This document shows, one piece after another, positions 16,904 through 24,124 of a stretch of DNA of 24,124 nt (positions are counted from its first letter, which is position 1; every line of letters begins with the position of its first letter). The stretch is taken from NCBI GenBank assembly GCA_045863235.1, contig BTUM01000106.1, forward strand, positions 1 to 24,124. The letters run 5' to 3'. The translations under genes were made by a program, and so were the position numbers. The stretch is from Candidatus Xenobia bacterium. GTDB lineage: Bacteria > Vulcanimicrobiota > Xenobia > Xenobiales > QWHO01. Below the pieces are notes generated by a model. It saw only the letters and a list, made by a program, of their open reading frames with translations, did not search any database and was not told where the DNA came from.

Positions 16904-17653
16904 TTAGCGCCCCCAGGCCTTCTTGACCTTGACCACGTAGCGCTGCGTTTCGGCGAAGGGAGGCACGCCGCCGGCCCGCTCCACGTTGCCGGGACCCGCG
17001 TTGTAAGCTGCAATGGCCAGAGTCCAGTCCCCGAAGCGGTCCTTCATCTGGCGCAGATACTTGGCGCCAGCTTCGATGTTCTGCTCGGGGTCGAACCGAT
17101 CGCGGCAACCCAGGTGGTAGGCCGTGCCGGGCATCAGCTGCATCAATCCCCCGGCTCCGGCGTTGGAGACGGCGTAGGGCTTGAAGGCCGACTCCACCTC
17201 GATGACGGCGCGAATCAGCCTGGGGTCGAGGTCATACTTGCGCGCTTTGGCCAGGATGATGGGAGTGATATCCACGGTCTCCACCGCTTTACGGGAGACT
17301 TCCTTGTAGCCCACCACCCGGTTCTGGGCGGGCGCGGCCGCGCCGCGGCTGGCCAGCGAACGGCGCTGGTGACTGTAGACGGGCACCTTCACCTTGCGGC
17401 TCACCTGGACCTTGACCATGATGGGGGGCAGGTCACCCTGGACCACTTCCTCCTTGGCCGGAGCGGCCTTGGTGCGGATCAGGCCGAGATTCTCGAGTTC
17501 TTCGGTGGAGAGCCGGAACAGGCCCGCCGGCTCTTCAGCAGGCACCAGGCTGCCCGAGATCCCCTCGCCGGGCACTTCGGGCGACTGGGCGGCGGCGCCG
17601 GTCCACAACATGCAGCTCAGCGTCAGAGCTGCGAAAGTTCGCATGATCTTCAT
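16904..17653 (-). CDS. Secreted lytic transglycosylase (SLT domain)
   Basis: Signal peptide; AVIEVESAF, GAGGLMQLMPGTA, AAYNAGPG and ETQRYV; GGAGG RBS before ATG 17653. Confidence 0.95.
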   Translation of the reverse strand: MKIMRTFAALTLSCMLWTGAAAQSPEVPGEGISGSLVPAEEPAGLFRLSTEELENLGLIRTKAAPAKEEVVQGDLPPIMVKVQVSRKVKVPVYSHQRRSLASRGAAAPAQNRVVGYKEVSRKAVETVDITPIILAKARKYDLDPRLIRAVIEVESAFKPYAVSNAGAGGLMQLMPGTAYHLGCRDRFDPEQNIEAGAKYLRQMKDRFGDWTLAIAAYNAGPGNVERAGGVPPFAETQRYVVKVKKAWGR

Positions 17654-17692
17654 CGCAAGGACCTCCCTCCCGTCCCAGGGGACGGAACACAC

Positions 17693-17721
17693 ATTCTATC
17701 CCTGGCTCCGCAGGTTGTCAA
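17693..17721 (-). promoter_or_regulatory. Sigma70-type promoter of the SLT gene
   Basis: TTGACA-N17-TAGAAT, followed by a CCGTCCC/GGGACGG inverted repeat and the RBS. Confidence 0.85.
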
Positions 17722-17741
17722 ACCGAACGAAGCCAGGCCTG

Positions 17742-18350
17742 TCAGGACGGGCTTTCCGGCGCAGGCCTGAAGGATGGGAGCCGACGCAGGGCCCTCAAGC
17801 GTCGCAAGACCGACCAGCGGGCCAGCATCAACAGCGCCAGGGCCAGCAAGTAAGCTGCCGGCACGAACAGGTCGGCTTTGCTGATCCAGGCCACATGGAC
17901 CACCGCCAGCAGGGCCGCCAGGTAGGTCAGCCGGTGCAGTCGCTTCCAGTTCCTCCCCAGCTTGCGCATCCAGGCCCGGGTGGAGGTGACCGCCAGAGGC
18001 ACCAGGATCAGGAAGACCGCCAACCCGACCAGGGCGTAGGGTCGGTCGGGCAGCACCTGGTCGAGCCAGCGCAGCTTGAAGTTGTAGTCCACCAGGAAGA
18101 TGAGCAGGTGCAGACAGGCATAAAAAAAAGCATACAGCCCGAAGCGTCGACGCTGAGCCGCGAAACGACGCCAGCGCAGCCAGGTCAGGGCCGGTGTGCA
18201 AGCCAGCCCCAGGAACAGGAAAAAGAGCGCCGCGTGGCCCGTACGGGCGGTGATGTCGTAGACCGGATCGGTAAGATTGCCCAGGGCCCAGTTTCCCACC
18301 AGCAAAGCCAGCGGAACGAGGCAGAGCAGGTCGATGGGTCTTAGAACCAA
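17742..18350 (-). CDS. msrQ: Methionine sulfoxide reductase heme-binding membrane subunit MsrQ
   Basis: Motifs RRRFGLYAFFYACLH, PLAVTS, WKRLHRLTY and VVH; multiple TM helices; directly downstream of msrP. Start uncertain (TTG at 18350). Confidence 0.9.
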   Translation of the reverse strand: MVLRPIDLLCLVPLALLVGNWALGNLTDPVYDITARTGHAALFFLFLGLACTPALTWLRWRRFAAQRRRFGLYAFFYACLHLLIFLVDYNFKLRWLDQVLPDRPYALVGLAVFLILVPLAVTSTRAWMRKLGRNWKRLHRLTYLAALLAVVHVAWISKADLFVPAAYLLALALLMLARWSVLRRLRALRRLPSFRPAPESPS

Positions 18351-19258
18351 CGCTTGAGGTCCATCCCCGCATAGAGACCGGCAACCTGCTCGGCGTAGCC
18401 GTTGAAGGGCAGGGTCGCCCGGCGCCGGTACTCCCCCACGCGCCGCTCGCTCTTCTGGGCCCACCGAGGGGTGGAGACGTCCGGATTCACATTGGCGTAG
18501 AAGCCGTAGTTCTTGGGGCTGGCCTTGACCCAGAAGGTGGTGGGCGGATGCTCGACCAGGTCGATGCGCACGATGGCTTTGAGACCCTTGTATCCGTACT
18601 TCCAGGGCACAACCAGGCGCAGGGGGGCGCCGTTCTGGGCGGCCAGCGGGCGGCCATAGAGCCCGGTGGCAAGCAAGGTCAGGTCATGCATGGCCTCGTC
18701 CAGCCGCAGACCCTCGGTGTAAGGCCAGGGCAACTTGCCCAGCAGGCCGCGCTGGCCAGGCATCTGCTCGGGTCGCTGCAGGGCCTGGAAACGAACGAAC
18801 CGGGCGCTGCCCATGGGCTCGACCTGCTCGATCAGACGACGAAGAGGGAAGCCCTCCCAGGGGATGACCATGGCCCAGCCCTCCACGCAGCGGTGGCGGT
18901 AGACGCGCTCTTCGGTGGGTTGAGCCAGCAACTCGTCCAGGGTGAAGGTGCGGGGCTTGTGGCACAGGCCGCCCACGCGCACGATCCAGGGGCGCAGTTT
19001 CAGCTTGCTGACCTTTTTGAAGACCTTCTCCTTGTCCTGGCCGAACTCATAGTAGTTGTTGTAGCGCAGGATGCGACGCAGCGGAGTAGCCTGGCTGCCG
19101 AGCTCGTCGACATAAGGGCCGATCAGCTTCTGGCTGCGCTGGTGGGCGTGGCTCGAAGCCGCCCCCAATCCCAGCACCGTGGCCATGGAGGCCAGCAAAA
19201 GCTCGCGGCGGGTGAGATAGAGCCCCTCGGGAGTGATGGCACTGGAGGGGGGTTTCAT
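18341..19258 (-). CDS. msrP: Methionine sulfoxide reductase catalytic molybdo-subunit MsrP
   Basis: Tat motif TRRELL; YNNYYEFG, RHRCVEGW, YTEGLRLDEAMH, QNGAPLRLVVPWKYG and YGFYANVNP. Confidence 0.96.
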   Translation of the reverse strand: MKPPSSAITPEGLYLTRRELLLASMATVLGLGAASSHAHQRSQKLIGPYVDELGSQATPLRRILRYNNYYEFGQDKEKVFKKVSKLKLRPWIVRVGGLCHKPRTFTLDELLAQPTEERVYRHRCVEGWAMVIPWEGFPLRRLIEQVEPMGSARFVRFQALQRPEQMPGQRGLLGKLPWPYTEGLRLDEAMHDLTLLATGLYGRPLAAQNGAPLRLVVPWKYGYKGLKAIVRIDLVEHPPTTFWVKASPKNYGFYANVNPDVSTPRWAQKSERRVGEYRRRATLPFNGYAEQVAGLYAGMDLKRWF

Positions 19259-19306
19259 CTCTGGATCATACTTCGGGCGTCGCGAGCGTCCTGCCTCTGC
19301 GCAGAT

Positions 19307-20440
19307 TCATCCGCTCCTGTCGTCGCGTCGTCGCCGCAGACTGGCCGCCTTCCCCCCGCGGCGCACCTTGATCAGCTCGGCCAGGATCGCCACCGCGATC
19401 TCCTCGGGAGTCTCGGCCCCGATGTCCAGCCCGATGGGCGCGTGGATGCGCCCGAGCAGCTCGTCGGAAACTCCCTCCCGGGCCAGATCGGCGAACACGG
19501 CGCCGGTGCGCCGGCGGCTGCCGATCATCCCCAGGTAGGCCCAGGGGCGGTGCAGCACGGCCCGAAGGCACTCCTCATCGTGCTTGTGACCCCGGGTAAC
19601 CAGCACGATGTGGGTGCGCGCGGTCACCTCGAGGCCCTCGAAAACCTCGGCGAAGGGGCGACAGACCACCCGGGCGGCCTCGGGGAACCAGCGCGGGTCC
19701 GCAAAAATCTCGCGGTCGTCCACCACGGTCACCTGGTAGCCGCACAAAGTGGCCATGCGGGTGAGCGGGCGGGCGATGTGGCCCGCTCCGGCGATGATCA
19801 GCTCGGCCGGGGCCTCCAGCAACTCGACGAAGACATCCACCCCGCCCACCGACTCGACCCGATGACCCTGGCCGGGCAGGCGCGAGAGCAGCTCGGCGTC
19901 CAGCTCGGGGGCTCCCAGCGTGCCGTGCAGCTCGCCACTGGACAAAAAGAGGAGGCGCTCGCCGGCCCTGGGGTCCGTTGGGCGCGGGGACTTCCAGGCC
20001 GGAGGACCGCTCGGACCCAGGCGGGTGACCACGGCCACCGTCCTACCCTGCTCCAGGCCCCGGGTCAGCCTGCGGACCAGCCCGGAGAGATGCTCGTGCT
20101 CGGGGCGCCACAGATCGACCAGCACGTCCAGCCTTCCTCCACACACCTTGCCGTCATCGGTGTCCAGGGCCTCGGTCAGATCGACGTGCACCTCGCGGGT
20201 GCGGCCGTCCGCCAGCACCTCCTGGGCTTCCTGCCAGACCTCGGCCTCGCCGCAGCCTCCCCCGATGGTGCCCGCAATGGATCCGTCGGTGTCGACCAGC
20301 ATCTTGGCCCCCACCTCTCTGGGAGTGGAGCCCCAGGCCCGCACCACGGTGGCCACGGCCACGGGACGATTGGCTTCGAGTCGGCGCTCGAGCTCGAAGT
20401 AGAGCCGATGCTCCTGCGGGGCCCCGTCGGCGTAGCGCAA
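19307..20440 (-). CDS. xdhC: XdhC/CoxI family molybdenum cofactor chaperone
   Basis: Motifs GSTPREVGAKM, GTIGGGCGE, CGG, GAGHIA, TRGHKHD, YLGMIGSRRR and PIGLDIGAETPEEIAVAI. Confidence 0.9.
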   Translation of the reverse strand: MRYADGAPQEHRLYFELERRLEANRPVAVATVVRAWGSTPREVGAKMLVDTDGSIAGTIGGGCGEAEVWQEAQEVLADGRTREVHVDLTEALDTDDGKVCGGRLDVLVDLWRPEHEHLSGLVRRLTRGLEQGRTVAVVTRLGPSGPPAWKSPRPTDPRAGERLLFLSSGELHGTLGAPELDAELLSRLPGQGHRVESVGGVDVFVELLEAPAELIIAGAGHIARPLTRMATLCGYQVTVVDDREIFADPRWFPEAARVVCRPFAEVFEGLEVTARTHIVLVTRGHKHDEECLRAVLHRPWAYLGMIGSRRRTGAVFADLAREGVSDELLGRIHAPIGLDIGAETPEEIAVAILAELIKVRRGGKAASLRRRRDDRSG

Positions 20441-20441
20441 A

Positions 20442-20885
20442 TCAGGCCAGGGCGGCAGCCGGGATGGCCGGCGGGGGGCACTGCTCGCGCAGCCAGGAAA
20501 GGAACTCCTCCGGCTCGGCGTCGGCCCAGCGGGTCAGCCGGCTCAAGTTTTCATCCAGGTTCGAGCCCGCCTGCTTCTTGAGCTCGGCGGGCAGGCGCGA
20601 AACGGCGAAGCGCACCACCGGCTTGACCAGGTTGCGCCCGTTGCCCTTGATGGTCGAGCCGGCCTCGATGTAGCCCGAGCGGACCTCGGCCGGCAGGGCC
20701 AGCAGCAGGCGCGACGTGGTGCCGGGGGGCAGCAGGGTGATCAGTACCCAGCCCCGCTGGGCCGCGCTGAGCTGGCCGAAGCCGGTGGACACGGCCGCCA
20801 GCTCGCGGATGCGTATGAACTGCATGACGGCCACCAGCGGAGCCAGCAGACCGATGACCTGCCACCATTCCAGACGGTCAAACAT
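20442..20885 (-). CDS. Hypothetical membrane-anchored protein with a FliG-N-like segment
   Basis: N-terminal hydrophobic helix; LSAAQRGWVLITLLPPGTTSRLLLALP; TGATG overlap with the upstream gene. Confidence 0.7.
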   Translation of the reverse strand: MFDRLEWWQVIGLLAPLVAVMQFIRIRELAAVSTGFGQLSAAQRGWVLITLLPPGTTSRLLLALPAEVRSGYIEAGSTIKGNGRNLVKPVVRFAVSRLPAELKKQAGSNLDENLSRLTRWADAEPEEFLSWLREQCPPPAIPAAALA

Positions 20886-21964
20886 CAGAAGCTCGGTTTA
20901 TCCTTGAGCACCAGGGGCTGCTCCATCAACTTCGGCTTGTCGGGATTGACTCCCTTGGCGATGGAGAGGTAGTAGCACATCAGCTGCAGATAGACAAGGC
21001 TCACCAGCATGCGCGAGAGCTCACTCAGGCCCGACTTGAGCTCGACCACGAACTCGGAGCGACGCATGGTCTGGGAGGCCTCCTCACAGATCACGAAGCG
21101 AGGGGCGCGCGACTGGGAGATGAAGGTCAAACACTCCTCCTCGAAGTTGCGCAGGGTGTCACTCACCAGAGCCACCACGAAGTTCAGGTTGGTCAGGCCG
21201 CAGTGACTGCCGTGACGGTACTCGAGCGGTTGCTGGTACTCCCCGGGAATGCCCACCATCTCGCGCATCTTGAGAGCCCCCTCGGCGGCCAGGCCGAGAT
21301 AGGCGCCCGAGCCCAGGAAAACGGCGTGCTGGGGCTGAGGCTTGAGCTGGCCGATGCCGCGGACTCGATCGGCCACCGCCTTCGGATCGAGCATTTCGGG
21401 CACCCGATTGACCTCGTGCAGCAGGGCGTCGGCCTTGCCCTGGGCCAGGAAGCAGCCGAGCACAATGCTGGTCAGCAGCATGCAGCTGGCGCTCTTGGTG
21501 GCGACGGGCCCGAACTCTTCGCAGCCGTCGAGGCGGAAGGTCTGATCGCACAAGCTGCTGAGCGCTCCGTTGACGACCGAAAGAGCCATGGCCTTGCAGG
21601 GGGGGTTCATCTTGCGCAGTTTCTCCACCGCCCACAGGGTCTCCGAAGTCTCTCCCTGACGCGACATCGGCACCAGCAAGGTCTTGATGCGAGGATCGTA
21701 GGGTGGACGGTTGAGGTAGAGCATCTCGCTGGAGGAGAGGGGCACTGCATTCAGTCCCGAGACCCGGTGAGTGATCCGGGCAGCCGTGAGAGCCACGTTG
21801 TAGGCCGATCCCGAGCCCAGGAAGACGACCTGTCCGAAGTTCTCGCCGCGCAGCCAGCCCTGGATAGCCTCCCGGCCGCTGGCCAGGCGATTCAGAGTCT
21901 CACGCCACAGGCGCGGCTGGTCGTTGATCTCGTTGTAAACGGCCTGTCCCTTTTGATAGAGCAC
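20885..21964 (-). CDS. Tandem SIS-domain amino-sugar phosphate isomerase/deaminase (GlmS isomerase/AgaS-like)
   Basis: Motifs EINDQP, GSGSA, SRQGETSET, ATKS, EGALKMRE, EYRHG and KGVNPDKP; no glutaminase domain. Confidence 0.88.
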   Translation of the reverse strand: MLYQKGQAVYNEINDQPRLWRETLNRLASGREAIQGWLRGENFGQVVFLGSGSAYNVALTAARITHRVSGLNAVPLSSSEMLYLNRPPYDPRIKTLLVPMSRQGETSETLWAVEKLRKMNPPCKAMALSVVNGALSSLCDQTFRLDGCEEFGPVATKSASCMLLTSIVLGCFLAQGKADALLHEVNRVPEMLDPKAVADRVRGIGQLKPQPQHAVFLGSGAYLGLAAEGALKMREMVGIPGEYQQPLEYRHGSHCGLTNLNFVVALVSDTLRNFEEECLTFISQSRAPRFVICEEASQTMRRSEFVVELKSGLSELSRMLVSLVYLQLMCYYLSIAKGVNPDKPKLMEQPLVLKDKPSF

Positions 21965-21965
21965 T

Positions 21966-22955
21966 CTATCCTCCCCGCGCCACCCTCAGCTCCTGGTAAT
22001 GAGCTGTGGCGGTGCCGGCAAAGTAAAAATTCAAGATCTCCCCATAATCCTTCCCAGACCGGGACAGGCCCAGTGCGCCCCATTGGCACATCCCCACCCC
22101 GTGCCCCCAGCCCTGCCCGACGAAGGCAAAGCCGCCCGGCTGCTCCTCTACCTCGAACCGCGTGCTGTAAAGCTTCTTGCGCTGGCCCTCGGCGTTGGTT
22201 CCGAACAGAAGACGGCGCATGTCGTCGCCGCGAAGCTCGAGACCGGCCTCGTTCAAGCGCAGCCGGCGGACGCGTCCACTCGAGTCGCGCTCGGCCACGA
22301 CCAGCCCGGTCAAGGGTTGAACCGGTTTCCCCAGCGAGCGCTCCAGCTCCTGCCCGAGCGCGTCAGCGGCGGCCTCGAGCCGCCAGCGATAAAGCGGGGA
22401 GGCCTGGCAGTAAGTGCAGGGGACCGATTTGAGGTAGTCCACCGGCAGCCCTGCGAAAACCTGCTCTTTGTCGGCAGTGGCTCCCCCGCAGGTGGAGTGA
22501 TAGAGCACGTGCTCGGCCAGTTGGCCCTGATAGGTGACCACGACGCCCTCGGTCTCGCGCACGGCCCGGGTGGCCAGCTCCTGCTCGGCCGACTGGCCCC
22601 CGTAGACCTGGCTCCTGTCCGTGGCCGAGAAGTCCCACCGCTTGCCCGGGCGCAGGTGCGACAGCGCGTAGGTGCGGGCCACGATGGCCTGGGCCTTGGT
22701 GGCTTCGAGCTCGTTGCAGGAGAGCTCTCGAGGCACCACCCCGCAGAGGTAGTCCTCCAGGGGAAGGATGTTGACCACCTGGACCTTGCCGTTCTCGCGG
22801 AAGACCTCCAGGCGCCCGCGCCACTTCGGGTCGGCGGGCAGCTCTTCGTGGGCCGGACCTTCGCGGGGCACCGGGTGGGAGACCAGCACGCGCACCTCCA
22901 GCGGCTCGGCGGTGACCGGCAACAGCAGAAGCAGCCAGAAGAGGATCAGCCGCAC
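21966..22955 (-). CDS. SpoIID/LytB-domain lytic transglycosylase
   Basis: Signal peptide; [35 protein letters not shown] and [13 protein letters not shown]. Confidence 0.93.
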   Translation of the reverse strand: MRLILFWLLLLLPVTAEPLEVRVLVSHPVPREGPAHEELPADPKWRGRLEVFRENGKVQVVNILPLEDYLCGVVPRELSCNELEATKAQAIVARTYALSHLRPGKRWDFSATDRSQVYGGQSAEQELATRAVRETEGVVVTYQGQLAEHVLYHSTCGGATADKEQVFAGLPVDYLKSVPCTYCQASPLYRWRLEAAADALGQELERSLGKPVQPLTGLVVAERDSSGRVRRLRLNEAGLELRGDDMRRLLFGTNAEGQRKKLYSTRFEVEEQPGGFAFVGQGWGHGVGMCQWGALGLSRSGKDYGEILNFYFAGTATAHYQELRVARGG

Positions 22956-24025
22956 TGAGCCCTCCAGCGCAGCAAGTGGTCGGCCAGCACCAGGGCCATC
23001 ATGGCCTCCACGATAGGCACGGCTCGGGGAAGAACGCAGGGGTCGTGGCGTCCCTTGGCAGCCAACTCGGTCGACTGACCCTGGCGGTCCACCGTCTCCT
23101 GGGCCCGGGCGATCGTAGCGGTGGGCTTGAAGGCTACCTTGAGGTGCAGGTCCTCGCCGTTGGAGATGCCTCCCTGCACGCCGCCCGAGTGGTTCGAGCG
23201 GGTGCGCACGTTGCCGTCCTGGAGATAGAACGGATCGTTGTGCTGCGAGCCGGTGAGGTAGGTTCCGGCGAACCCCGACCCCACCTCGAACCCTTTGACG
23301 GCGGGCAAGCTGAGCATGGCCTTGGCCAGGTCCGCCTCCAATCGGTCGAAGACCGGCTCGCCCAGGCCCACGGGCAACCTGCGGGCCACGGCCTCGATCA
23401 CGCCTCCCACCGAGTCGCCCTGCTCCTTGAGTTGATGGATCCGCTCCACCATGCGGGCGGCCACCTCCGGGTCGGGGCAGCGCACGATCTGCGCCTCGAC
23501 CTGCTCGCGTTGGACTGCGGCGGGGTCGAGGATGGCCTCCAGGTCGTGGATGCGGCGCACCCAGGCCACGATCTCGACCTGGTGCAGCTGGGAGAGCAAC
23601 TTGCGGGCCACCGCCCCGGCCGCGACGCGGCCCACCGTCTCACGGGCGCTGGAGCGTCCTCCGCCCCGGTGATCCCTGATTCCGTATTTTTTCTCGTAGG
23701 TGAAATCGGCGTGGGACGGACGATACACGTCCTTGAGATGGTCATAGGCCTCAGGACGCTGGTCCTGGTTGTGCACCAGCAGCGCGATCGGCGTTCCCAG
23801 CGTCTTGCCTTCGAAGATGCCCGAGAGGATGTGCACCTGGTCGGTCTCGTCGCGAGGGGTGGTGACCGAGCTCTGGCCGGGGCGGCGCCGATCCAGCTCG
23901 AGCTGGATCTCCTCGCGGGCGATCGCAAGGCGCGGCGGGCAGCCGTCGATCACCGCTCCCACCGCTCCCCCGTGGGATTCGCCGAAGGTGGTGACCCGGA
24001 ACAGCTTGCCGAAGGTGTTGCCCAT
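22946..24025 (-). CDS. aroC: Chorismate synthase
   Basis: Motifs [41 protein letters not shown] and GRHDPCV. Confidence 0.98.
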   Translation of the reverse strand: MGNTFGKLFRVTTFGESHGGAVGAVIDGCPPRLAIAREEIQLELDRRRPGQSSVTTPRDETDQVHILSGIFEGKTLGTPIALLVHNQDQRPEAYDHLKDVYRPSHADFTYEKKYGIRDHRGGGRSSARETVGRVAAGAVARKLLSQLHQVEIVAWVRRIHDLEAILDPAAVQREQVEAQIVRCPDPEVAARMVERIHQLKEQGDSVGGVIEAVARRLPVGLGEPVFDRLEADLAKAMLSLPAVKGFEVGSGFAGTYLTGSQHNDPFYLQDGNVRTRSNHSGGVQGGISNGEDLHLKVAFKPTATIARAQETVDRQGQSTELAAKGRHDPCVLPRAVPIVEAMMALVLADHLLRWRAQCG

Positions 24026-24124
24026 ACCCGGGCGGGTTACCCTGCCAGGGGGGAGAGTCCTTCCGGGGTCGCCTGGAATGCACCGTGGCCTACGCCGCGG
24101 GCGGCGAGCTCGACCGCGACACCT

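Noticed and set aside
21966..22955. Evidence for sporulation
   Set aside because: SpoIID/LytB domains are widespread in non-sporulating bacteria, and no other spo genes are present.

Overview
A high-GC bacterial chromosomal window of mostly housekeeping genes on the minus strand. These run rpsB-tsf; preT-preA plus a hypothetical; hpf, zinc-finger protein, ctpA, miaB, orphan histidine kinase, secreted protein, hslU; and aroC, SpoIID-type transglycosylase, SIS protein, hypothetical, xdhC, msrP-msrQ, Slt-type transglycosylase. Only two units lie on the plus strand: a zeta-toxin-like ATPase with a small partner gene, and a 663-aa protein. The 663-aa protein is the most notable feature. By eye it is a membrane-less FlhA cytoplasmic domain fused to alternating FliG-N-like and FliF-C-like segments, with no flagellar or T3SS genes nearby. 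A second, small membrane-anchored protein with similar FliG-N/FliF-C-like segments lies about 3.6 kb away. Together they suggest flagellar export-gate and switch parts reused in an undescribed role. The left edge has a palindromic ~60-bp tandem repeat array. All protein calls come from motif recognition by eye; no database searches were run.
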